This document shows positions 8,893-16,959 of a stretch of DNA of 43,709 nt, piece after piece. The stretch covers positions 1 to 43,709 of the forward strand of contig JAZRRD010000092.1 in the NCBI GenBank assembly GCA_045650425.1. Reading direction: 5' to 3'. The position numbers and the translations under genes are program-made. Below the pieces are notes generated by a model. That model was given only the letters and a program-made list of their open reading frames with translations, ran no database searches and was not told where the DNA came from. The stretch is from Bacilli bacterium. GTDB lineage: Bacteria > Bacillota_I > Bacilli_A > RF39 > UBA660. Within the stretch, counting starts at the first letter, position 1. Each line of letters starts with the position of its first letter.

Positions 8893-9797
8893 AATACTCT
8901 TCCTTTTTCAAGACCTAAAGCATCAGAATACCTTACCTTTTTAGTACAACTAATTTTTGTTGGAACAAATTTAGCAGCTCTTTTTCTGCTTAATATCTCA
9001 TCAACGAAAACACCCCTAAAACAAGTTAATAATATTTCACCTGGTTTTTCTAAATTTACATCATATATTTTTTGAAGCAATTCTAATGTGCTAGATAATG
9101 CATTGAGCTCTGGTTGTTCAGAATATATATCATTAAAATAATCCATGATATTAGAGATATAAATAAAATCATATTTACCATACTCTGTAGGAATATTTTT
9201 AATATCATTATATTTGAATGTTATATTTGATTCCTTTAGGTTTTTTTGAAGTTTTGTATAATTTTCATTAGTTTTTAGATAATTACATCTATTGTTTAAA
9301 AGCGCATCTTGAATGTGTTCCCCTCTTACAAAATCAAAGACACTTGCATTAATACCCTTTTGTTTTAAACTGTAAAATAATTCTTGCCAAAACTTTTTAT
9401 AATTTTCTGGAGCACATGAAATCACATAATCCTCCATCTCTGATTTTTTTTCGTTTCTTTTCTCATAATTAAATAAATCTAAGAATTGATAATAGTTCAA
9501 GGCTTCTATTGCTATTTTTTTAAAACCCAAAGTATAATATTCAGCAATTCTATTGCAATCAAACGTATCTGCATTTTTTATTCCATTTAAAATCATATTG
9601 AAAAGCTGATCTCCACTTGCTAAAACACTTAATAATTTTACACTATCATCAAACTTGAAAAAATTCCATACACTATCAATATCTTCGTTTGTAAAAGGAT
9701 AAGCATAACTATATTCAGTATGTAGTTTTACAACTTCATAAGAATACATATTTATTGCTTCTATTATATCTTTTTCTCTTTGCTCTGATACGGTCAT
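8880..9797 (-). CDS. array paralog P2, DUF3419/BtaA-like putative SAM-binding protein
   Basis: 305 aa with RBS AGAGGGTGA. The ATG is 4 nt after the P1 TGA stop. Same motif set. Confidence 0.85.
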   Translation of the reverse strand: MTVSEQREKDIIEAINMYSYEVVKLHTEYSYAYPFTNEDIDSVWNFFKFDDSVKLLSVLASGDQLFNMILNGIKNADTFDCNRIAEYYTLGFKKIAIEALNYYQFLDLFNYEKRNEKKSEMEDYVISCAPENYKKFWQELFYSLKQKGINASVFDFVRGEHIQDALLNNRCNYLKTNENYTKLQKNLKESNITFKYNDIKNIPTEYGKYDFIYISNIMDYFNDIYSEQPELNALSSTLELLQKIYDVNLEKPGEILLTCFRGVFVDEILSRKRAAKFVPTKISCTKKVRYSDALGLEKGRVLWKK

Positions 9798-9801
9798 TTA
9801 A

Positions 9802-10689
9802 TCACCCTCTTTTTTTTAAGACATAACAAAGGTGTTTTGCATTATTAAAGTTTTTCTTTATTCTTTCAGCATCTGGAACTGATTTATATATTTCTTCGTC
9901 AAAATAACTACATAAATCTGTAAATATTATTTGGCCATTTTTATATAGGTTATTATCATATATATTCGTTAAAAGTATTTTAGCAAATTCTTGTTCAAAA
10001 TAGTCTATTATGTTTGATAAATATATTAAATCATATGCAGGGAATTTTATTGGCAGTTCTACTATATCTGATTGCCAAAAATTAATAGATGTAGAAGGTA
10101 ATTTATTTTGAAGAGTTTTATAATTGTTTTCATTTTTCAAAAAGCTCGGTTTATTAAAATCTTTTTGTTTAACATCCAAAGCAAAGTGAAATACACTTGC
10201 TTCATATCCATACTCTTTTAAAATGCGCTTAATTTCTTTCCAAAACCATTTATATTCTTCATCCATATTTTCTACAACATAGTCTTCTATTTCAGATTTT
10301 ATATTATAGAACTTACATTCTAATCCATCATACGAAAAATTAAACAAATCTAGATATTCTTGATAATCCAAACATTCTATTGCTCTTTTTTTGAATCCTA
10401 TTGTGTAATATTCTAATAAGGCATTAATATCAAATGTATCTATATTGATAGCTCCTCTAAATATCATTTCAAATATATGATCTCCACCAGCTAATACACT
10501 TAAAATGTTTTTATCTTCATATTTTGTTCTAATATCAAATATATCTCGTATTGGTTCATTTGTAATGTAATAATATCTCGAATATTTTGAAAACTCAGGT
10601 TTTAATTCAACTCTACCTTGTTGATATAATTTTAAATATAAATCAATAGTTTTATCTAAATCTTCTTGTCGTTGCTCGGATATAACCAT
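9802..10689 (-). CDS. array paralog P1, DUF3419/BtaA-like putative SAM-binding protein (first gene of the operon)
   Basis: 295 aa with RBS AAAGGGGAG. Motifs LSVLAGGDHIF, DTFDINALLEYYTIGFKKRAIECL, EEYKWFWKE, AYDLIYLSNIIDYF. Confidence 0.85.
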   Translation of the reverse strand: MVISEQRQEDLDKTIDLYLKLYQQGRVELKPEFSKYSRYYYITNEPIRDIFDIRTKYEDKNILSVLAGGDHIFEMIFRGAINIDTFDINALLEYYTIGFKKRAIECLDYQEYLDLFNFSYDGLECKFYNIKSEIEDYVVENMDEEYKWFWKEIKRILKEYGYEASVFHFALDVKQKDFNKPSFLKNENNYKTLQNKLPSTSINFWQSDIVELPIKFPAYDLIYLSNIIDYFEQEFAKILLTNIYDNNLYKNGQIIFTDLCSYFDEEIYKSVPDAERIKKNFNNAKHLCYVLKKRG

Positions 10690-10717
10690 GCAAACTCCCC
10701 TTTCGTTTTGACTATTT

Positions 10718-10746
10718 ATTATAAATTACTTTTAATTAAATAACAA
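10718..10746 (-). promoter_or_regulatory. sigma-A-like promoter of the eight-paralog operon
   Basis: On the minus strand: TTGTTA (10746-10741), 17-nt spacer, TATAAT (10723-10718). It lies between the tRNA-Thr terminator and the P1 RBS. Confidence 0.45.
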
Positions 10747-10786
10747 GCTGTATTTAGGGCTCATCATTTTTCTTTTTATAAACATT

Positions 10787-10853
10787 AAAAAACTAACTAT
10801 CTCTAGTTAGCCTATATTACTTAAACTCTAAAAAATTGAGTTTCCTATCAACC
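10787..10853 (-). repeat. conserved tRNA 3'-trailer element, copy A (two hairpins; the second is a terminator)
   Basis: Read on the minus strand: GGTTGATAGGAAACTCaattttttaGAGTTTAAGTAATAtagGCTAACTAgagaTAGTTAGTTTTTT. About 85% identical to 40164-40231, which follows tRNA-Cys. Confidence 0.7.
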
Positions 10854-10929
10854 TGGTGCTGGAAATAAGAATCGAACTTATGACCTACGCGTTACGAGGG
10901 CGTTGCTCTACCAACTGAGCTATTCCAGC
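10854..10929 (-). tRNA. tRNA-Thr (anticodon CGU)
   Basis: Manual cloverleaf: acceptor GCTGGAA/TTCCAGC, D arm GCTC-AGTTGGTA-GAGC, anticodon loop CTCGTAA, T arm ATAAG-TTCGATT-CTTAT, encoded CCA. One C-C mismatch at 31-39. Confidence 0.88.
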
Positions 10930-10984
10930 AGACAATATAATTATATCTCTATTTTAAACTAAAAGTAAAGTTTTAATTCATTTT

Positions 10985-11013
10985 TTAACATATTAGCCTA
11001 AAAGTGCTATAAT
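10985..11013 (+). promoter_or_regulatory. sigma-A-like promoter upstream of murE
   Basis: TTAACA, 17-nt spacer, TATAAT with TGc immediately upstream (extended -10). RBS GGAG lies before the ATG at 11033. Confidence 0.4.
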
Positions 11014-11032
11014 ATCTATAGGAGTTGATTCT

Positions 11033-12397
11033 ATGATTATTTATGAAACAGATTCAAGAAAAGTAAAACCTGGTCAAATATTTATTGCTATCGATGGACA
11101 TACAGTTGATGGACATGACTTTATAGATAATGCAATCACTAATGGTGCTATCAAAGTAGTCGGAACTAAAGATATAGATTGCAGTGTGCCATACGAAAAA
11201 GTTATTGATTCTGAGAAGTATCTTACAGAACATTTAGTTAACGAATACAGTAAAGAACTTAACAATATTGATTTTATTGGAGTTACTGGAACAAATGGAA
11301 AAACTACTACATGTTATTTAACATACCAAATTTTAAAAGAACTTGGACATGAAGTAGCTTATATGGGAACAATTGGTTTCTATTATAAAGATGAAGAAAT
11401 TGTTTTAAATAATACCACCCCTGATATTCTTACATTTTATAACTTAGTTCTAAATGCTAAAAGTAAAGGGTGTAAAACTATTGTAATGGAAGTTAGTAGT
11501 CATGCCTTAGAACTAAATCGAATCGCAGGCATAAACTTTAAAGTCGCAGGATTTACAAACTTGACTCAAGATCATCTAGATTTTCATGAAACAATAGATA
11601 AATATTTTGAAGCGAAACTAAAAATACTAAATTATCTTGATAATGATGCCTACTTTATTACAAACAGTGACGATACATACGGTAAAAAAATTTTTGGCAA
11701 ATATAAAAATGTATTAAGTTATGGAGAAAATAATGCTAACTATCATATAAAAAATTTTAATATAACTCCAAGTAAAACAAAAATAGAATTTACTTATGAT
11801 AATAATTACTACGAAGTTACTACAAACTTAACTAGTGAATTTAATGTTTATAATTATATACTTTCTTTAAGCTTAATTAATAAATATGGAATTAGTATCG
11901 AAGACATAATTAAAGTTACAAAAAACATCAAAGCTCCAAAAGGAAGATGTGAAACTTATGAAGTTAATGATGCTTTCGCGGTAATTGATTATGCACATAC
12001 TCCAGATGCAGTTGAAAAAATAATTACAGCTTACACTAAACTTAAAAAAGGAAAATTATACACAATCGTAGGATGTGGCGGAGACAGAGACCCTATAAAA
12101 AGACCAATCATGGGTAAAATTGCAAGTGATTTAAGTGATTATTGTATATTTACTAGCGATAACCCTCGTACTGAAAATCCAGAAAATATATTAAATGATA
12201 TACTTTCAGGCGTAAAAAAAGATAACTATGAAGTTATCATTGATCGTAAAGAAGCAATTCACTCTGCTCTTTCAAGATTAAAGAAAAATGATATTCTTTT
12301 AATCCTAGGTAAAGGTCATGAAGATTATCAAATTATTGGTCATACTAAAATTCATTTAGATGATTCCGAAGAAGTCTTAAAATTTATTTCCCGCTAA
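11033..12397 (+). CDS. murE: UDP-N-acetylmuramoyl-L-alanyl-D-glutamate--2,6-diaminopimelate ligase
   Basis: Mur ligase P-loop GVTGTNGKTTT, DYAHTPDA, GCGGDRD and a DNPR motif (FTSDNPRTENP). DNPR is typical of meso-DAP-adding MurE. Confidence 0.9.
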   Translation: MIIYETDSRKVKPGQIFIAIDGHTVDGHDFIDNAITNGAIKVVGTKDIDCSVPYEKVIDSEKYLTEHLVNEYSKELNNIDFIGVTGTNGKTTTCYLTYQILKELGHEVAYMGTIGFYYKDEEIVLNNTTPDILTFYNLVLNAKSKGCKTIVMEVSSHALELNRIAGINFKVAGFTNLTQDHLDFHETIDKYFEAKLKILNYLDNDAYFITNSDDTYGKKIFGKYKNVLSYGENNANYHIKNFNITPSKTKIEFTYDNNYYEVTTNLTSEFNVYNYILSLSLINKYGISIEDIIKVTKNIKAPKGRCETYEVNDAFAVIDYAHTPDAVEKIITAYTKLKKGKLYTIVGCGGDRDPIKRPIMGKIASDLSDYCIFTSDNPRTENPENILNDILSGVKKDNYEVIIDRKEAIHSALSRLKKNDILLILGKGHEDYQIIGHTKIHLDDSEEVLKFISR

Positions 12398-13232
12398 TTT
12401 TCTCAAAAATCAAAACAAAAGATGCGCTTAATATTAAAAGAATAATACAAAGTATCCCTCTTATATCAAAAGAAAATCCAGGATATATAAATAATATTGA
12501 GCCTAATACAAAACCTAATATAGCACTATAAGTTTTATTATAGTGTTTTTTTAATAATAAATTCATAAATTTTATCAATAAATAAGAAGAACCGACAAAA
12601 CTAATAAAAAATGGTGTTAATTTTATCAATTCCATAAAAGATAAAGTTAATGGATTAGCAAGAATACCCAATAAATACTCATAAATACCTAAAAGCATTA
12701 ATAAAGCAGCCCCACTTATCCCTGGAATTATCTTTCCCGCTGAATAAAATAAACCTGCAATTAAAAGGTTTAAAACAGTTAAATTACTTGAATCAAATTT
12801 TAATAATTCTGTTTTTTCAACAACAAATAAACCAATAGAAAACAAAAGTGCTAAAAACATAAATTTAAAATCAACTTTTTTTTCACCTTGTTTTTTTATT
12901 TCATTAATTAATGCAGGTATTCCGCCTATTATTAAACCCATGAAAACATATTTAATAGCATATTCTCTTGTATTTAATAAATATATTAATACATTACTAA
13001 ACATAATAGAACCAATTAATACGCCAGCTAATACCACAAAAAGAAAGCCGGCATTTTTTAAAATATCTTTTCTAAAATTACTTATGCTATAAATAATTTT
13101 ATCATATATTCCTAATAACACGGCTAAAATACCACCACTAACACCAGGAATAATAAAACCAATACCTATTATTATTCCTGAGATTAAGTTTTTTAAAATA
13201 TTATTTTTTCTTCTTTCTCTCTTCTTCTTCAA
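12384..13232 (-). CDS. DUF368 family membrane protein (putative undecaprenyl-phosphate translocase type)
   Basis: Two PG(V/I)SGG motifs (IIPGVSGGILAVLLGIYD and IIPGISGAALLMLLGIYE) in a polytopic protein. The start is uncertain. The ORF-track ATG at 13307 overlaps the upstream gene by 107 nt. I prefer the in-frame TTG at 13232 (LKKKRERRKNN...) after GAAAGGTGG. Confidence 0.7.
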   Translation of the reverse strand: MKKKRERRKNNILKNLISGIIIGIGFIIPGVSGGILAVLLGIYDKIIYSISNFRKDILKNAGFLFVVLAGVLIGSIMFSNVLIYLLNTREYAIKYVFMGLIIGGIPALINEIKKQGEKKVDFKFMFLALLFSIGLFVVEKTELLKFDSSNLTVLNLLIAGLFYSAGKIIPGISGAALLMLLGIYEYLLGILANPLTLSFMELIKLTPFFISFVGSSYLLIKFMNLLLKKHYNKTYSAILGFVLGSILFIYPGFSFDIRGILCIILLILSASFVLIFEKISGK

Positions 13233-14925
13233 GTTTAGTAAAAGCCACCTTTCCAACTGCTGTTGTCGGTAAACTACTTCTAAATTCATACTCATATGGT
13301 AGTGCATACTTACTTACATTTTGTTCACATAATTTTTTTATTTCTTTTTCAATTTTTCCACTAACTTTTACACCTTCTCTTAAAACAATAAAAGCTTTAG
13401 CCACTTGATTTTTATAAGGATGATCAATTCCTATTACAGTACTTGTTAGTACATCAGGATGTGAATTTATAACATTTTCAATGTATGAAGGATAAATATT
13501 ATATCCAGAAGAAATAATAACTCTTTTTAATCTTTGTTTAAAAAAGATAAAGCCGTTTTCATCCATTGCTCCAATATCGCCAGTATGAAGCCAAATTCTT
13601 TTATCCTTGTGTTGCCTTAACGCTTGATATGTTTCTTCCGGATTATTAATATATTTCATCATTACTGTTGGTCCACTTATACATATTTCTCCATCAGTAT
13701 TGTATGGAACTTCATCATGAGTTCCAATTCTAACAATTTTATAAAATGTATCTGGAAAAGGTATCCCAATTGTTCCTTCTTTATATATATTTGAAGGTGT
13801 CAAACAAGTTGCAGCAGTAGCTTCAGTAAGTCCATATCCTTGTCTTACGCTTGCATTACAACCATATATCGCTAAAAAAGCATCAACTTTCTTTTTTAAT
13901 TCTGAAGACATTAAATCTCCACCAGATATAATACATTTTATGCATGAAAGTTCATTATCATTAAATTTATTTTTTATTAATGATTCAAATAAAGCTGGAA
14001 CTCCTACAATAAAATTAGGCTTATATCTTCTGATTAAATTAGCAAATTCCTTAAAACTAAACGCTGGAATTAAAACACATTTCATACCTAAATAAAGAGG
14101 TGTATGTATACAAACTCCTAATCCAAAGCCATGGAATATTGGCATTATAGATAAAACCGTCATCTTTGGATTAGCTTCTTTTACCATCAACTCGGTTTGC
14201 ATTACCAATGCATTAAAATTTAAATTAGAAAGCATTATTCCCTTAGGATTACCAGTTGTTCCTCCACTATATAAAATTACAGCAGCATCATGAGCTTTTC
14301 GATGAACATCATAATTACCCATATAATAACTAGAAGATCTAAGAAAAGTTTTCCATGTTACAACACTCTCATCTAGTGGAAGCTTAACCTTTCTTCCTTC
14401 TTTTAACCAATATAAAGAACTTTTCACTATTTTAAAATCTTCTGCAGCACTTGCTACAATAATCTTTTCTAATTTAGTATTATTTTTGATTCGATATATT
14501 TTTTCAAAAGCAATATCTATACATATTATTAATTTTGATTTGGCAGAATTAATATAAAATTCCATCTCATTTTCACTGGATAAAGGATGAATCATATTAG
14601 CTATTGCACCTATCATATTTACTGCATAAAATGAAATAATACCTTCAGGTGTATTTGGCATACATATTGTTACTTTATCATTTTTTTCTACACCATAACT
14701 TTTTAAAGCTCTAGCTACTACTTCAATTTTATTCATTAATTCTATATAAGAGCATTTATTACCAAAATACTCATATGCTGTATTTTCGGGATATTTTTCA
14801 ACTGATTTTCTTAACAAATCAACAATTGAAATATTAGGATACTTTAATGTTGATGGAACGTTTTGATAAAATTCCGCCCATGGACGTTCATTCTTTTTTC
14901 TCATTAATTTTTGTTTACTTTTCAT
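13201..14925 (-). CDS. AMP-dependent acyl-CoA synthetase/ligase (ANL family)
   Basis: Motifs YSGGTTGNPKG, GYGLTE and TGDIGAMDENGFIFFKQRLKRVI. Confidence 0.85.
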   Translation of the reverse strand: MKSKQKLMRKKNERPWAEFYQNVPSTLKYPNISIVDLLRKSVEKYPENTAYEYFGNKCSYIELMNKIEVVARALKSYGVEKNDKVTICMPNTPEGIISFYAVNMIGAIANMIHPLSSENEMEFYINSAKSKLIICIDIAFEKIYRIKNNTKLEKIIVASAAEDFKIVKSSLYWLKEGRKVKLPLDESVVTWKTFLRSSSYYMGNYDVHRKAHDAAVILYSGGTTGNPKGIMLSNLNFNALVMQTELMVKEANPKMTVLSIMPIFHGFGLGVCIHTPLYLGMKCVLIPAFSFKEFANLIRRYKPNFIVGVPALFESLIKNKFNDNELSCIKCIISGGDLMSSELKKKVDAFLAIYGCNASVRQGYGLTEATAATCLTPSNIYKEGTIGIPFPDTFYKIVRIGTHDEVPYNTDGEICISGPTVMMKYINNPEETYQALRQHKDKRIWLHTGDIGAMDENGFIFFKQRLKRVIISSGYNIYPSYIENVINSHPDVLTSTVIGIDHPYKNQVAKAFIVLREGVKVSGKIEKEIKKLCEQNVSKYALPYEYEFRSSLPTTAVGKVAFTKLEEEERKKKK

Positions 14926-15796
14926 TTATTATTTCACTCGCCTTATCATCAAGTAGTTCTGGATTATCAAAAATATATTGTAATAAATTTAATGATTTTG
15001 CGAAATATACTCCATCTGCAATTCTTTCATCTACATTTATACCAAAATCACAAATCTCTCTAATTTCCTTTTTACCATCACTATTAATTATCTGTTCTTT
15101 ATGAATTTCTCCAATTGTAGCAATAATTGAATTTGTTCCAAAATTTGTTAAATTATGATATATTGAACCACATTTTATACTACCTAAATTAGATAAAATA
15201 ACAGAACTATAATATATATTATCATTTATAAACACTGAAGGTAACCATCCATGTTTATCTAAAAATTTAACTATACCAATAATAGGAACTCTTATTAATT
15301 GTGGTAATTTACCTATTATATCAATAGCATCATTAGTATCCGATTTTTTATTATTTCTAATTTTTTCTACTCTTTTAGCTATATTTTTAGAAATGTCTAT
15401 AAAAGTTTCTGTAGGTTTTACATCCAATACACACAGTAATTCTGAAGAATGATCATCAAACTTAACTTTTGCCACAAAAGATAATTTAACATTATTTCTT
15501 TGATAATATTTACGATTAGCAACAAATCTATTCATCAATGGTTTATTATATAAAAGTTTTGCAATTGCCATAGAAAACGCATGAAAATAGGTAATATGTA
15601 TATCAGGATTTTCTTTCTTCTTTTTTTCTACAAATTTAATTAAATTCGTAACATCAAACTTTTGATTAATATAAACATCTGCATCACATCTATCAGGTTT
15701 AAAATCTGCTAAAATATAATGCATTCCATCCATACTAATTCTTTGACCATCTCTTCTATCACACAATCTTTTTTTTGCACTCATAATATCACTCAC
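14915..15796 (-). CDS. 2-oxoacid dehydrogenase E2 / CAT-fold acyltransferase-like protein, standalone catalytic domain
   Basis: C-terminal motif VDERIADG sits where E2 enzymes have DHRxxDG. No lipoyl domain. Overlaps the downstream ligase start by 11 nt. Confidence 0.65.
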   Translation of the reverse strand: MSDIMSAKKRLCDRRDGQRISMDGMHYILADFKPDRCDADVYINQKFDVTNLIKFVEKKKKENPDIHITYFHAFSMAIAKLLYNKPLMNRFVANRKYYQRNNVKLSFVAKVKFDDHSSELLCVLDVKPTETFIDISKNIAKRVEKIRNNKKSDTNDAIDIIGKLPQLIRVPIIGIVKFLDKHGWLPSVFINDNIYYSSVILSNLGSIKCGSIYHNLTNFGTNSIIATIGEIHKEQIINSDGKKEIREICDFGINVDERIADGVYFAKSLNLLQYIFDNPELLDDKASEIINEK

Positions 15797-15918
15797 TTAT
15801 CTTTGTTTAATTTTATCATATAATTAAAAGTATTGTCCAGTTTTATAGCATATTCAAACATTTGACAAAAATATAATTTCATTATAAAATATACACTCAA
15901 GAAAGGGAGTTTTAAAAA

Positions 15919-16959
15919 ATGAAAAAACTTATTTATATTTTTACAATCGCATTATTTATCATCTTACCATGCAATGTAAATGCTGCCTTAGAAGTAAATA
16001 CACCTTGTGACGATATAAAAACTGATGGAAAAAATCAATTTAAAACTTGCTATATTGATATTAAAGTAACAGAAGATACAGCACTATATAGCACAAGTGG
16101 TAAATTTACTATGATAAATACTAGTTTAAAAGGTAATATTGAATCCGGAGACAAAAGAATTAAAATTACAAATAATAATTTAGACAATTTAACATTTGTA
16201 TCAGAAACACCAATAAAAAATGAAACTGTTAGAATTGCTAAATTTACTATTTATTTAGCAACAAATGGAGAAAAATGTATAGTTCAATGGGAACCTAAAA
16301 TATATGGTACTAATTATTCATGTACAATTGAAAATGGTTATTATTATGACAAGAATGGTAACTCAGTAACAGAAACAGAATATAATAAACAATGTAACCC
16401 ACATTATTGTGAAATAATAGATGATACATATTTTGACAAAAGTGGTAATATTGTTGATAAAAATGAATACAGTAAACAATGTGAAAAGCATTACTGCGAA
16501 ATAATTGATAACACATATTTTGATAAAAATGGTAATGTCGTTGATAAAAATGAGTATAGCAAACAATGTGAAAAACACTCATGTGAAATAATTGATAATA
16601 CTTATTTTGATAAAAATGGTAATGTCGTTGATAAAAATGAATATAGCAAACAATGTGAAAAACACTCTTGCGAAATTGTAAATGGCGTATATTTTGGAAA
16701 AGATGGTAATATTATTACAGATAAAGAATATGATAAACAATGTAATAAACATTTTTGTAAAATAATTGATGGAACATATTTTGGTAAAAATGGAGAGATA
16801 ATTTCTAAAGCAGAATACAATGTTCAATGTCCTACTGATAATCCTCATACATCTGGAAATAGCATATTTGGATATGCATTAATAGCAACTCTAATTACTA
16901 CTTTTATATCAATAATTTTATGTATTAAACAAAATAATAAAAAAGTTTACAAAATATAG
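15919..16959 (+). CDS. secreted repeat protein with C-terminal cell-wall sorting signal (putative sortase B substrate)
   Basis: N-terminal signal peptide (MKKLIYIFTIALFIILPCNVNA), six 29-aa Cys-bracketed repeats, then NPHTSG, a hydrophobic segment and the basic tail KQNNKKVYKI. RBS AAGGGAG. Confidence 0.8.
   Translation: MKKLIYIFTIALFIILPCNVNAALEVNTPCDDIKTDGKNQFKTCYIDIKVTEDTALYSTSGKFTMINTSLKGNIESGDKRIKITNNNLDNLTFVSETPIKNETVRIAKFTIYLATNGEKCIVQWEPKIYGTNYSCTIENGYYYDKNGNSVTETEYNKQCNPHYCEIIDDTYFDKSGNIVDKNEYSKQCEKHYCEIIDNTYFDKNGNVVDKNEYSKQCEKHSCEIIDNTYFDKNGNVVDKNEYSKQCEKHSCEIVNGVYFGKDGNIITDKEYDKQCNKHFCKIIDGTYFGKNGEIISKAEYNVQCPTDNPHTSGNSIFGYALIATLITTFISIILCIKQNNKKVYKI
16321..16842 (+). repeat. six tandem 87-bp coding repeats
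   Basis: Consensus C(E/T)I(I/V)(D/N).(T/G)YF(D/G)K(N/D)GN.V.(D)K.EY.KQC.KH. (29 aa). Units 3 and 4 (16495-16581 and 16582-16668) are nearly identical at the DNA level. Confidence 0.85.

Noticed and set aside
3421-10689. Paralog array considered as IS/transposase copies, or as a phase-variable shufflon driven by the serine recombinase
   Set aside because: There are no terminal inverted repeats or DDE/resolvase motifs. All copies are co-oriented and tightly coupled in one operon. They are 30 kb from the recombinase, with no inverted recombination sites seen.
16321-16842. Regular 87-bp repeats considered as a CRISPR-like array
   Set aside because: The repeats are contiguous with no spacers, are in frame within a signal-peptide-to-sorting-signal ORF, and encode a conserved 29-aa unit.
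16310-16848. Four minus-strand ORFs (71-90 aa) inside the repeat surface-protein gene
   Set aside because: They are mirror images of the 87-bp coding repeats on the plus strand. Their periodic composition is explained by the sense-strand repeats.
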